A DNA stretch of 64,000 nt, from NCBI GenBank assembly GCA_963744545.1, contig CAVUUH010000027.1:297028-361027 (forward strand), in the 5' to 3' direction. Both the position numbers and the translations under genes were made by a program. Of the stretch, positions 20,947 to 31,129 are shown piece by piece. The DNA comes from an uncultured delta proteobacterium (GTDB lineage: Bacteria; Desulfobacterota; Binatia; Binatales; Binataceae). Position 1 is the stretch's first letter, and each line of letters starts with the position of its first letter. Below the pieces are notes generated by a model. That model made no database searches and was not told the DNA's origin. It worked only from the letters and a program-made list of their open reading frames with translations.

Positions 20947-22499
20947 CAGGCCTCGAGCACCCAGGTGTCCTTGCTGCCGCCGCCCTGAGATGAATTCACG
21001 ATCAACGAGCCTTCGCGCAGCGCGACGCGGGTCAGACCGCCGGCGAGCACCCGTGGCTTGGCGCCGAACAGCACGAACGGGCGAAAGTCGATGTGCCGCG
21101 GCATCAGCTGCATGCCGCTCGCAGAGCCGTTGTGAATGATCGTCGGATGAACAGAGAGCGCGATGACCGGCTGCGCGATGAAGGCTGACGGATCGTTGAT
21201 GATTCGTTCGCGCGACTCTGCCAGTTCCTGCTCGCTGGCCTTGGGGCCGATGACGACGCCGTAGCCGCCAGACGCGCCGGTTGGCTTGACGACGTAGCGC
21301 TCGAGATTTTTCAGCACCTGCTCACGCACTTCGGGATCGCGCAGCAGATAGGTCTCGACGATCGGGAGAATCGGCTCCTCGGCGAGATAGTAACGAATCA
21401 TAGCGGGCGTGTACGCGTAGACGGCCTTGTCGTCGGCGACTCCGGTGCCGACGCCGTTGGCAATCGCGGCGTTTCCAGTGCGCAGAACCGCGGTGAGGCC
21501 GGCGACGCCGAGCAGAGAATCGGGACGGAAGACGAGCGGGTCGAGGAAGTCGTCATCGATGCGGCGATAGAGGACGTCGATCTGCCGCAGCCCGTGAACG
21601 TCCTTCATGTAGAGTTTGCGGTCGACGCAGACGAGGTCCTGACCTTCGACCAGCTCGATGCCCATCTGCTGCGAGAGGAAGACGTGCTCGAAGAACGCCG
21701 AGTTGAAAGGGCCCGGCGTCAGCAGCGCGATAGTCGGACTGGATTTGCTGGACGGCGACAGCTCCCTCAGGCACTGCAGCAGGTCGGCGGGGTAGCGCTC
21801 GACGCTGCGGACGCGCGATGCGCGCATCAGGGTCGGCACGAGTCGCGTCATGACGACGCGATTTTCAATCACATAAGAAACGCCGCTCGGCGTGCGTACG
21901 TTGTCTTCGAGGACGTAGAAGCGGCCGTCGGCGCCGCGCACCAGATCGATTCCTGCAACTGTGACGAAATTACCGAGTGGAGGCTTGATGCCGACGGCGG
22001 CGCGACGAAACTGCGGGCATCCGAGGACGAGATCGCGTGGGACGACGCCGTCTGCGAGAACGCATCCTTCGCCATAAACGTCGGCGACGAACGCGTTGAG
22101 CGCGCGGACGCGTTGAATCAGGCCAGCCTCCAGCGTGGCCCAGGTGTCGGCGTCGATAACGCGCGGAATCGGATCGAACGGGAAGATCCGCTCGGAGCCG
22201 TCGGCCGCGCCGTATACATTGAAGGTCACGCCCATCCGGCGGAACATTCGGTCGGCGCGTGCGCAAATCTCGGTGAATTGCGCCGGCCGCATCGAGAACA
22301 TCGTGTCGATGACCCCCTGGCAGCCGGATCGCGGCTCGCTGGAGTGGTCCATCATTTCGTCGAAAATGTTCGCGTCCGGCTTGTACGCCGCCCAAACGGG
22401 CACCGTCTTGCCTGTTTCGGAAACAGTCGAATCCATCGCGCTCACCCCATCGCTGCCCACTGGCGCGGAAATCATCACCGCCAGCATGGCGGACGCCAT
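20946..22499 (-). CDS. Circularly permuted type 2 ATP-grasp protein
   Basis: FDEM, PFDPIPRVI, VLEDNVRTPSGVSY, YRRIDDDFLDP, GLTRVAL, VNSSQGGGSKDTWV. Start may be ATG 22436. Confidence 0.93.
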   Translation of the reverse strand: MASAMLAVMISAPVGSDGVSAMDSTVSETGKTVPVWAAYKPDANIFDEMMDHSSEPRSGCQGVIDTMFSMRPAQFTEICARADRMFRRMGVTFNVYGAADGSERIFPFDPIPRVIDADTWATLEAGLIQRVRALNAFVADVYGEGCVLADGVVPRDLVLGCPQFRRAAVGIKPPLGNFVTVAGIDLVRGADGRFYVLEDNVRTPSGVSYVIENRVVMTRLVPTLMRASRVRSVERYPADLLQCLRELSPSSKSSPTIALLTPGPFNSAFFEHVFLSQQMGIELVEGQDLVCVDRKLYMKDVHGLRQIDVLYRRIDDDFLDPLVFRPDSLLGVAGLTAVLRTGNAAIANGVGTGVADDKAVYAYTPAMIRYYLAEEPILPIVETYLLRDPEVREQVLKNLERYVVKPTGASGGYGVVIGPKASEQELAESRERIINDPSAFIAQPVIALSVHPTIIHNGSASGMQLMPRHIDFRPFVLFGAKPRVLAGGLTRVALREGSLIVNSSQGGGSKDTWVLEA

Positions 22500-22524
22500 T
22501 TGAAGAGCAATCGACGGGCCAGAG

Positions 22525-24507
22525 TCAGGCGGGAATCTCGGCGTCGGTTTGCGCTAGGTAGGCCTGATAGTCGCGGTCGGTCGCGAGCAGGTGCGCATGG
22601 GTTCCAGCGGCGCCAATAGTTTTGCCATGAATGAAAAAGACCTTGTCGCAAGCGGCGAGCGTGCCCGCGCGATGGGCGACAATGATTACGATTCGATCAT
22701 GGGAAAGCGCGGCCAGAGTTTTTAAGAGATCGGATTCCGAGGCTGGATCGAGGGGCGCGGCGGGCTCGTCGAGGACCATGATCTCCGGGCGTCGAAGCAG
22801 GGCGCGTGCGATCGCGATTCGCTGTTTCTGTCCGACCGACAGACGCGCGCCGCGCCGCCCGAGCATCGTCGAGTAACCGTCGGGAAGCCGGTCGATGAAT
22901 TCGGCCGCACCTGCCATCGCTGCCGCTTCGCGAACGTCTGCCGGCGAGGCGCTATCGCTGCCGTAGCGGATGTTGTCTTCGATCGAGGTCGAGAACAACG
23001 ACTCGTTCTGAAATACAAATCCCATTCGCGCGCGAATCGTGTCGGGCGCGACGGCGCGCGAATCGATGCCGTCGAAAGCGATCGTTCCTGCCGACGGCTC
23101 GATGAAACGCGGGATCGAGTGGATGAGCGTCGTCTTGCCGCATCCGCTCGGACCCGCCAGCGCAACCATTTCGCCGGAGCGCATCGACATCGTGACATCG
23201 CTCAGCACGGTGGTTGCGCCGTAGCCGACTGCGACGCCGTTGAATGCGAGATTGTTGACGCGAGCGCCGAGGCCGTCGCCGCTTCCGTCACTGACCGGCT
23301 CGGCGAGATTGTCCAGTACGCTATGCACGCGCCGCAGTCCGGCGACCGACGCCTGTATCGAGGCCCAGGTGCCGCCGATGACCCCCATCGGATTCGCCAG
23401 CATTCCGAGGTAGCTCGCGAGCAACACGATATCGCCGAGCGTCATGCGGCCCGCAATCACCTGCATCATAAGGTAGTAGAGGCTGTATCCGACCAGCACG
23501 CAGCAAATGGGCGCGAGCAGGATCACCATCACGAAGATGATCCCGAGCATGCGGAGGGTCGAGCGGAAGGACTGCCAGCTTGCGGCGTCGACGACCGCAG
23601 TCTCGCGCGACTCCTGTCCGAACGCCTTGATCAGTTGGACCTGCGCGACGCGTTCCTCGAACGCGGCCATCACGTTGCTGCCGCTTTCGCGCATCGACTG
23701 GCTCTGATCGCGGATCAAGCGTCCGAAAAGGGTGCTGACGATCCCGACTACGGGCAGAAACAGAATTGCGACGATGATGATCACCGGCTCGTTGCTGAAT
23801 TGTATGGACAGCACGATGATCGCCATCACGAACATGAACACCGACATGATTGGTGCGAGCACGCCGCGATAAAATACCGGGCCGATCGACGCACTGTCGT
23901 ACATCACGCGAAAAACCGCGTCACCGATTTTCTGATCCGCGTAGAGCGCCAGCGGCGACCGCAGGAATCGCTCGTAGATTGCGGTGCGTAACGATTGGTT
24001 CATCCGCTGCGTGAGGTCGATTGTGATGCGCGACTCGAGATAGCCGAACAGGCCGTTCCACAGGCTGCCGCCGTCGTTGGCGTCGTTGGCGGTTATGCCG
24101 GCTTGATCCAGACCGCCGCTGTTGACGTTGGTGCCGAGCGATTCCGCGTCGCCATGGACCATTCCAATGAGAATCACGGTCAGCACCAGAAACAACGAAA
24201 CGGCGATAAGCAGCGCGGTGCGGTTGGCGCCGACCATCGGGGTCAAAATTGCGCCTGGAATCCCGGTCAGCGGGTGGCCGTCGATAACGTTGTCGATGAC
24301 GATTTTCAGCGGCCACGGCGTCATGAGATAAAAGGTCAGCGAGACGAAAACCAGCACACACTTGATTGCGACCAGCCGACGATAGCGGCTGACGAACGGC
24401 CAACTCTTGACGAGGACGCGCCAGGCCTCGCGCCTGGTGAGGGGAGCCTGTTCGTCGGCGTACAGGAGATTCGCGCGTGAGTCGCGCGGCGCGCCGTTGT
24501 CAGGCAT
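22525..24507 (-). CDS. ABC exporter half-transporter (TMD+NBD)
   Basis: TM helices, GPSGCGKTT, LSVGQKQR, VLDEP, AHR. Confidence 0.92.
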   Translation of the reverse strand: MPDNGAPRDSRANLLYADEQAPLTRREAWRVLVKSWPFVSRYRRLVAIKCVLVFVSLTFYLMTPWPLKIVIDNVIDGHPLTGIPGAILTPMVGANRTALLIAVSLFLVLTVILIGMVHGDAESLGTNVNSGGLDQAGITANDANDGGSLWNGLFGYLESRITIDLTQRMNQSLRTAIYERFLRSPLALYADQKIGDAVFRVMYDSASIGPVFYRGVLAPIMSVFMFVMAIIVLSIQFSNEPVIIIVAILFLPVVGIVSTLFGRLIRDQSQSMRESGSNVMAAFEERVAQVQLIKAFGQESRETAVVDAASWQSFRSTLRMLGIIFVMVILLAPICCVLVGYSLYYLMMQVIAGRMTLGDIVLLASYLGMLANPMGVIGGTWASIQASVAGLRRVHSVLDNLAEPVSDGSGDGLGARVNNLAFNGVAVGYGATTVLSDVTMSMRSGEMVALAGPSGCGKTTLIHSIPRFIEPSAGTIAFDGIDSRAVAPDTIRARMGFVFQNESLFSTSIEDNIRYGSDSASPADVREAAAMAGAAEFIDRLPDGYSTMLGRRGARLSVGQKQRIAIARALLRRPEIMVLDEPAAPLDPASESDLLKTLAALSHDRIVIIVAHRAGTLAACDKVFFIHGKTIGAAGTHAHLLATDRDYQAYLAQTDAEIPA

Positions 24508-26374
24508 TGCTCACCTCGCGAATTGGGACGTCGTCGAGGACGGAACCGTCGGCGGCAACGAGCCGGCCCGCAGCAATCTGGTAGATTCGATCGGCGCGGG
24601 ACGCGGTGGTCCGGCGATGGGTTGCGAGAATCACCATGCGACGCGTGGGATCTTCATTCACCCAATCGCGGAGACCGACCATCACGGCGTCCTCGGTCGC
24701 TACATCGAGCGAGGAGGTCGGTTCATCGAGCAAAAGAATCGGAGCGTTGCGCAGAAGCGCGCGCGCAAGTCCAAGCCGCTGCGCTTGCCCGACCGAAAGC
24801 TTCGATCCCTTTTCACCGAGCATAGTGTCGAGGCCGGCCGGTAGAGAACGAACGAAGTCGCCGAGGCCGGCGCGATGAATCGCTTCGGCAACTTCGACCG
24901 TCGACGCGTTCGGGCGTCCGTACGCGACGTTGTCGCGAATCGTTGCGGTGAAGAGCGGATTCTCCTGCAGCGCGACGGAGAGCATCCCGCGCCACGCTGG
25001 AAGTTCGAAGTTCGAAATCGGTTCGCCGTCGAGCAGGATCGTGCCCGCGGTTGGCTCGAAGAACCTCACCACGAGCGAGATGATGGTACTCTTGCCGGAG
25101 CCGCTGGGACCGGCGATTGCGGTGATCTCACCGACACGCGCTTCGAGATTCACCTCGGCAAGGACGGGTGTGCGCGGGTCGTAGCCGAAGGTCACGTGGT
25201 CGAAGGTCAGCGCAGTTGCGGATTTCGGTGGAATCGCGGTGCCGCTGCTAATGCTTTGCTCGGGGGTTTGACCGATCATCTCGAGCACGCGCGAAATCGC
25301 GACGACCACGTCCTGCATGCTGCCCCATTGGTCGGTGATATTTCTGGTGCGCTTGCTGACGTTGGAAACAAGATTGATCGATCCCTGGAACAGTCCGAGC
25401 GAGACGACGACGCGGCCGAGACCCGCGGTCCCGCCCGCCATCACTTCCGTTGCGCCAACATACAGCGCCGCGACGTAAGCCAGCCCGCGCACAGTGTTGG
25501 TCACGACGCGGTATCGCGCCAGCATCAGGCGCGCGCGGCGGCCGGCCAGGAACGCGTCCCAATTCTCGCGCGCATAGTTTTCCGCCTCGCGCGCCTCGGT
25601 GCCGAAGGCCTTGACGGTTTTGATCGACGCGAGCGTTTCCTCGATCCGCGTGGTCGCGCGCGCGGTGGTCTCACGCTCCGCGATGAAAGCCGTGCGCAGC
25701 GAATTGGCGTACATCCACGCCAGTATGAAGTTCGCGGGCATGAGCAGAGCGACGATCAGCGCCATCCGCGTGTCGTACCAAAGTAGGTAGAGGAGGGCGC
25801 CGATGGCGGCGGGAAAGAAAATGAGCGGCTGCACGATCAAGCCGTCGATCACGTTTGGAATCGCGGCCGAGTCCTGGAACATCCGGAAGATCGCGTCGCC
25901 GATTTTTTCCTCGGAGTGAAAGCGGACGCTCAGTTCCTGCATTCGCGTGTAGAGATTGACGCGGAACAGATTGCTGATGCGCTGTAAAATCCAGACCGCG
26001 TAGCCCAAAAGGAAGCCGACGAAGGTCAGGCCCACTACCGCCACGATGCCGCCGACGAGGCATGCGTGAATGAGCACGGTGCGCCGATCGGCGTGAATCG
26101 GCACGCGAAGCATCCAGGCCTGTGCACGGGTCAATCTCGCGCCGTGGCCGACGACGTCGAAGAAAACGCGCGTCAGGTTGAGTCCGATCAGTCCGCCGAG
26201 CAGAACCGGCAGTGATGCCAGGAATAGATATACGAGATGACGGCGGTACGGGCGGATGAAGGGCCACACCCGCGCGAGCAGGCGGAAGACGTCGCGCGAA
26301 CGCAGGCGGCGCGCGTCGGGGAACGCGATCTCGCTGGCGGCCGGGGGCGCGATGATTGTTGGTTCAGCGCTCAA
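24500..26374 (-). CDS. ABC exporter half-transporter (TMD+NBD)
   Basis: TM helices, GPSGSGKST, LSVGQAQR, LLLDEPTSSLD, THR; overlaps the next gene by 8 nt. Confidence 0.92.
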   Translation of the reverse strand: MSAEPTIIAPPAASEIAFPDARRLRSRDVFRLLARVWPFIRPYRRHLVYLFLASLPVLLGGLIGLNLTRVFFDVVGHGARLTRAQAWMLRVPIHADRRTVLIHACLVGGIVAVVGLTFVGFLLGYAVWILQRISNLFRVNLYTRMQELSVRFHSEEKIGDAIFRMFQDSAAIPNVIDGLIVQPLIFFPAAIGALLYLLWYDTRMALIVALLMPANFILAWMYANSLRTAFIAERETTARATTRIEETLASIKTVKAFGTEAREAENYARENWDAFLAGRRARLMLARYRVVTNTVRGLAYVAALYVGATEVMAGGTAGLGRVVVSLGLFQGSINLVSNVSKRTRNITDQWGSMQDVVVAISRVLEMIGQTPEQSISSGTAIPPKSATALTFDHVTFGYDPRTPVLAEVNLEARVGEITAIAGPSGSGKSTIISLVVRFFEPTAGTILLDGEPISNFELPAWRGMLSVALQENPLFTATIRDNVAYGRPNASTVEVAEAIHRAGLGDFVRSLPAGLDTMLGEKGSKLSVGQAQRLGLARALLRNAPILLLDEPTSSLDVATEDAVMVGLRDWVNEDPTRRMVILATHRRTTASRADRIYQIAAGRLVAADGSVLDDVPIREVSNA

Positions 26375-26389
26375 ATCGAATTGCAGGAC

Positions 26390-26875
26390 TCATTTGCCGG
26401 GGACCGCGCCAGCGGCGGTCAGTATGCTGTCTTCGAGAGCGAACTTCGAAGTACACGCGACAGTGTTTTGATTGCCGCCGAGCGCATAGCGGCCCTGGAA
26501 GTCCGCTGACACCGTGGCGAGCGTTGAATGCGGAGGAGATTTCTCGAGCTTGACGGTCACCGTTACCGTGCCGTCCTGCAACTTGTAGATCATCTCAACC
26601 GGACCCGTCTCGCAGAACGCCCAACGGCGCCACGTCAGGTCGTCGGTAGTAGTCTGCTTGGCGACGAGGGTATGGCTTCGCTCGTCGGCGCGGACGAGCT
26701 CGAAATGGCTCGACGCGTCGTTGAAGTATTTCTTGAAGGTGACGAAGACTTCGCCGATCGGCTTCGGGATCTCCTGTACCCGCGGGACGATGCGCGGTGT
26801 TTCGATCGCATACGCGGACGCGAGGATGAAAAGCAGCAGAGGCGTTATGATTGATGCGGCGCGTAGTTTCATCAC
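26390..26875 (-). CDS. Secreted hypothetical protein
   Basis: Signal peptide ending AYA, two Cys, strong AGGAGGAG RBS; 15 nt upstream of the ABC pair. Confidence 0.75.
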   Translation of the reverse strand: MMKLRAASIITPLLLFILASAYAIETPRIVPRVQEIPKPIGEVFVTFKKYFNDASSHFELVRADERSHTLVAKQTTTDDLTWRRWAFCETGPVEMIYKLQDGTVTVTVKLEKSPPHSTLATVSADFQGRYALGGNQNTVACTSKFALEDSILTAAGAVPGK

Positions 26876-27025
26876 TCCTCCTTTACAGGTACGTGTTTGG
26901 CAGGTGAGAGGTTGCGAGGCTCACACGATCATAACGGCCCGCGAAACGGCGCGTAAAGGGGCGTGGTCCACGGAGACGGTTGATGGTAGGTTCGCGGCGG
27001 TAATGGAAAAGGAGACAGAGACACT

Positions 27026-27832
27026 ATGCCTGCGTTGATTTTCGAAAAGCGTGATCACATCGCCTACCTGACGATGAATCGGCCCGAGGTTCACAACTCG
27101 TTGAATCCGGAAATGCTCGTGAGCCTCGCGGCGGCGTGGAAAGAAATCGAGAGTGACGACGCGGTCCGCGCGACGATCGTGACAGGCGCTGGCAAGGTCG
27201 CGTTCTCGGCCGGCGCCGATCTCGGCAAGCTGATTCCGCTGTTCACGGGCGCGCGAAAGCCGGAGGACGAATGGGACAGCAAGCTGCTCGCGAACCGGAA
27301 GCTCGGCGACATCGCGCTGCTGCGCGGTTACGACATGGACAAGCCCGTCATCTCGGCGGTCAACGGATTTTGCATCGCGGGCGGAATGGAATTCACACAG
27401 GGCACCGATCTTCGAGTCGCGTCGGAGAACGCGAGCTTCGGATTGCAGGAAGTGAAGTGGGCGATCATCCCGGCGGCCGGGTCGCTGGCGCGATTACAAC
27501 GGCAGATTCCGTACTGCAAAGCGATGGAGATCCTGCTGACGGGCAACAGGATCGATGCGCAGGAGGCGTGGCGACTCGGGCTGGTGAACTATGTCGTGCC
27601 GCAGGAGAAACTGATCGAGAAGGCTGAGGAACTCGCGTCGACGATCGCGCAGAACGGGCCGCTGGCAGTACGGAAGATTAAAGAGGCGGTGCGGCGAACC
27701 TCGGGGCGTCCCTACGAAGAGGCGTTCAAGATCGAAAACGAGATCGCGCGCCAAGTGATGAAGTCCGAGGACGCGAAGGAAGGTCCGCGCTCGTTCATGG
27801 AGAAGCGCAAGCCGAACTATAAGGGTCGATAG
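27026..27832 (+). CDS. Enoyl-CoA hydratase/isomerase
   Basis: NRPEVHNSL, FSAGADL, AVNGFCIAGGME, DAKEGPRSFMEKRKPNYKG. Confidence 0.93.
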   Translation: MPALIFEKRDHIAYLTMNRPEVHNSLNPEMLVSLAAAWKEIESDDAVRATIVTGAGKVAFSAGADLGKLIPLFTGARKPEDEWDSKLLANRKLGDIALLRGYDMDKPVISAVNGFCIAGGMEFTQGTDLRVASENASFGLQEVKWAIIPAAGSLARLQRQIPYCKAMEILLTGNRIDAQEAWRLGLVNYVVPQEKLIEKAEELASTIAQNGPLAVRKIKEAVRRTSGRPYEEAFKIENEIARQVMKSEDAKEGPRSFMEKRKPNYKGR

Positions 27833-27835
27833 CAG

Positions 27836-28846
27836 CTAAGCTCCCGCGAGCGCGCGCATCGTGTTTGGATAGTCACGCGATGTGGTGGCGGCGGGGCCGA
27901 TTGGAAACACCACCGGATGTGTGACTCCCGCGGCACGGAATCTCGCGACGAAATCGCGGCCGGCCTTGGCGTTGCCGAAGACTGCGATTTTGCGGCATGA
28001 CGCTTCCGAGATGGCTCTGGGAGCTTCGTCGCGCTTGCCCTCCTTCCAGAGGCGGCGGACCTCGTCGAACTCCGCGGCGAGTCCGTAGCGCGCGAACATC
28101 TTGTTGTAGCTGTCGACGAATGCGTAGCCGGCGAGCTCGCGACGGAACGAATCGACCGCTTTGTCCTCTTCCTCGGTGATGCACATGCGGATGTAGATGC
28201 CGACGTCGACGGCGGATGGATCGCGGCCCGCGGCTTTGGCGCCTTCGGCAATGTGCTGGACCATCGGCGCGATTGCTTCCGGCGGCGAGTAGTTCATCAG
28301 GACGCCGTCGGCGACTTCGCCAGCGAGCCGGAGCATCGGAGCGTTCAGGCCCGCGAGATAAATCTTCGGCGGATGCGGCGCCGTGATGCGCATGCTCAGC
28401 TTGAAGTCGGACTTGTACACTTCGCCCTGGAACTTCGAGCGGCCTTCGGTAAACAACTGGCGCATGATCGCGACGCATTCGCGCATCGCAGTGACCGGCT
28501 TGCGATACGACGCGCCGTGCCATCGCTCGACGATGATCGGGCTCGACACGCCGAGGCCCGCAATCGCGCGTCCGCCTGATAGTTCGTTGATGGTGAGAAA
28601 GCCCATCGCCATCGCGCCCGGCGTGCGAATCTGAATCGGGATAACGCCGGTGGAGAGTTCGGCTTTGCGCGTGTTGACTGCGAGCGCGGCGAGACTGACG
28701 AAGGCGTCGGGGCCGCTGACCTCCGCGATCCACAACGAGGTGTAACCGAGGTCCTCGGCCTCGCGGATGAGTGCGAGGCGTCCGGCGAGAGCGTCGGCAC
28801 CGACGCCGACGTTAGTCTGAAGTCCGAGTTTTTGATTCGATGGCAT
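27836..28846 (-). CDS. LLM class (probably F420-dependent) oxidoreductase
   Basis: AEDLGYTSLWIAE, LSGGRAIAGLGVS, IYLAGLNAPMLRLAGEVADG. Confidence 0.9.
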   Translation of the reverse strand: MPSNQKLGLQTNVGVGADALAGRLALIREAEDLGYTSLWIAEVSGPDAFVSLAALAVNTRKAELSTGVIPIQIRTPGAMAMGFLTINELSGGRAIAGLGVSSPIIVERWHGASYRKPVTAMRECVAIMRQLFTEGRSKFQGEVYKSDFKLSMRITAPHPPKIYLAGLNAPMLRLAGEVADGVLMNYSPPEAIAPMVQHIAEGAKAAGRDPSAVDVGIYIRMCITEEEDKAVDSFRRELAGYAFVDSYNKMFARYGLAAEFDEVRRLWKEGKRDEAPRAISEASCRKIAVFGNAKAGRDFVARFRAAGVTHPVVFPIGPAATTSRDYPNTMRALAGA

Positions 28847-28924
28847 CTGAAGTTCCGTGCGAGTTTGATTTGCGCAGATTGTGCGGCTATTCGATTATGG
28901 CTGCAAGACACAGGAGTTTGAACG

Positions 28925-29683
28925 ATGGCTTATTTCGATTCCGATGGCGTGCAGATTTATTTCGAGGAACACGGCAAGGGCGCGCCGGTTGTGCTGGTGC
29001 ACGGGTTCGCGTCGCGCGCGGAGCATAACTGGGGTGGCGCTTGGTTCGAGGCGCTCGGACAGCATTACCGTGTCATCGCGCTGGATTGTCGCGGGCATGG
29101 CAAGAGCGGCAAGCCGCACGATTCGGCGGCGTACGGCGGCGAGACGATGGGCGACGACGTGATCCGGCTGATGGATCATCTTGGAATCAAGCGCACGTTG
29201 ATCATGGGCTATTCGATGGGCGGGCGAATCGTGACCGGGCTGTTGATGTTGCATCCCGAGCGTCTGCGCGCGGCGGTGCTTGGCGGAATCGGCGCGGCAA
29301 CTGCGGCGGCGCCAAGTTTCGATCGAAAGCCGATCGTCGATGCGCTGCTTGCCGAGAACATTTCGAGCGTGAAGGAGCAGCGTGCGAGGGAGTTTCGGCA
29401 GTTTGCGGAGGTGACAGGCAACGACCTGAAGGCATTGGCAGCGGTGATGGCATCGAGCCGCGAGGATTTCACCGCGGAGAAGATCGCGGCGCAGAAAATT
29501 CAGGTGCCGGTGATGATTGTGATCGGAACCAAGGACTTGCAGGTTGGAAATCCGAAGCTGCTGCACGATGCGATCCCGGGAAGCAAGCTGGTGATGCTCG
29601 AAGGGCAGGATCATTTGAGCGCGCCGAGTGACCCGCATTACAAGGAAGCGGTGCTGGAGTTTTTCAAGTCCGCGCCGACGTGA
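28925..29683 (+). CDS. Alpha/beta fold hydrolase
   Basis: VLVHGF, DCRGHGKS, GYSMGG nucleophile elbow, C-terminal DH. Confidence 0.92.
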   Translation: MAYFDSDGVQIYFEEHGKGAPVVLVHGFASRAEHNWGGAWFEALGQHYRVIALDCRGHGKSGKPHDSAAYGGETMGDDVIRLMDHLGIKRTLIMGYSMGGRIVTGLLMLHPERLRAAVLGGIGAATAAAPSFDRKPIVDALLAENISSVKEQRAREFRQFAEVTGNDLKALAAVMASSREDFTAEKIAAQKIQVPVMIVIGTKDLQVGNPKLLHDAIPGSKLVMLEGQDHLSAPSDPHYKEAVLEFFKSAPT

Positions 29684-29706
29684 GAAATCCGTGATTGGGG
29701 CTATCA

Positions 29707-30228
29707 TCAATTATCTGATGCGCGGGTGAAGTCGGCGGCGGGGCGGCCCAGCCATCTGAGAATCCGCATCACGCCGGGGAACACGACTCGCTTTCCTTTC
29801 GACAGGTGCAAGAGGCTCGCAGAGTTGGTGCCGATTTCCTTTGCGACCTCGGCCCATGTCATTTTTCTCTCGATGCGTAGAGCGTCGAGTGCCGCATAGA
29901 TCTTTCTCGAGTCGAATCGCAGAACCTTGCCGGGAGGAACGTTGGGCAGCCGCGCATCGGTCTGTTCCGACTCCCGGTGGCCCGGCATGAAACTCTCTGG
30001 TGTCCGATTCAGCCAGCGGAGCATCGCCAGCACGCCGTCACCTTCGGCCGCTGACCGGGTGCGGGTGCCCGTCATCGTAGATGCGCTGAGGCGACGAGCA
30101 GTTGCAGGGCGCTGGTGCATCTCATGCATTTCCTTGATCACCTGCGACCATGAAAGTCCACGCGCTTGCCGCTGCGCGTCGAGCGCATCGAAGAGAGCGC
30201 GGAGGCTGAAGTCCTTTGATTGCGTCAA
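29707..30228 (-). CDS. Hypothetical protein with two tandem Cro/XRE-like HTH repeats
   Basis: Internal repeat FSLRALFDALDAQRQARGLSWSQV...WLNRTPESF and FDSRKIYAALDALRIERKMTWAEV...WLGRPAADF. Confidence 0.7.
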   Translation of the reverse strand: MTQSKDFSLRALFDALDAQRQARGLSWSQVIKEMHEMHQRPATARRLSASTMTGTRTRSAAEGDGVLAMLRWLNRTPESFMPGHRESEQTDARLPNVPPGKVLRFDSRKIYAALDALRIERKMTWAEVAKEIGTNSASLLHLSKGKRVVFPGVMRILRWLGRPAADFTRASDN

Positions 30229-30268
30229 GCGCGCCGCTCTCTACTTGAAACTGACTCCAACAACCGCA

Positions 30269-31129
30269 TCAGCTAATTCGCGGGGCGTTGAGGGTGCCGG
30301 TCAGGTGATAGGGTTCGGGACCCGGTGGATGCGGGAGGATTGCGAGCAGTAGTCCCAACTGCGAGGCGGCGGTGGGGGTTGTCGACAGGGTGAATTGGAT
30401 TGCCAGCTCGCTATCGGCCGGGTCGGGGGCGAGTTGGATTGTTCCTTCGGCGGTGAGGGTCACGTCGCCGCCGCTGGTTGTGAGTTGTTCAATCGTTAAT
30501 GTGCCCCGGTCCAGTTTGAATTTTGAATGGCCCTCGCCAAGGCGGATCGGCGAGCTTGCAAGCGCCGAAGTGAAGGTGAGTCCGGCGGCGCTCAGGACGC
30601 CTTCGCCGTTTTCCGCGACGTCATCGGGCGAGAGCAACAGATCCCCGCTTCCGGAAAGCGCGCCGGCGGCGCTCGCGCCGGGGATCGTCCATAACTGCTG
30701 ACGCGCGAGCTCCACTGAGTCGAGGTCGTAACTGATTGCGGTGCCGTGACGGTTGGGTCGGAGCGTGACGTTCACGACGCCGTCGTAGAGCGCGGCTTTC
30801 ACCCGCACGCCAGGGTGCGTCGTGAGCATCGAGAGGAATGCGGGCACGATGGTGACGGCCGGGCTCTCGACAATCAGGGCGCCCGATGCGGGGCGGGTCG
30901 AGATCAAGCGGACTCCTGACAATCGCGCGCCGAAAGGAAAGCTGGCGGACTGACTGGTGCTGGACACCTCGAGGCCCATCGGCGCGAGGACTTTCGACAG
31001 GGTGGTGGAGTAGGGGAATGTTGAAATCAGATACGCGGCGAACAGCGACAGGCCGACAGCCACGTAGCCGACTCGAATGAGACGTGTTGCGCGGTATGGC
31101 GCGGGCGCGTCGGCGGGCGCCTCAAGCAT
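30269..31129 (-). CDS. gspN: Type II secretion system protein N
   Basis: Last gene of the gsp cluster; N-terminal TM with TFPY; beta-rich body ending LTGTLNAP; start set at ATG 31129. Confidence 0.8.
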   Translation of the reverse strand: MLEAPADAPAPYRATRLIRVGYVAVGLSLFAAYLISTFPYSTTLSKVLAPMGLEVSSTSQSASFPFGARLSGVRLISTRPASGALIVESPAVTIVPAFLSMLTTHPGVRVKAALYDGVVNVTLRPNRHGTAISYDLDSVELARQQLWTIPGASAAGALSGSGDLLLSPDDVAENGEGVLSAAGLTFTSALASSPIRLGEGHSKFKLDRGTLTIEQLTTSGGDVTLTAEGTIQLAPDPADSELAIQFTLSTTPTAASQLGLLLAILPHPPGPEPYHLTGTLNAPRIS

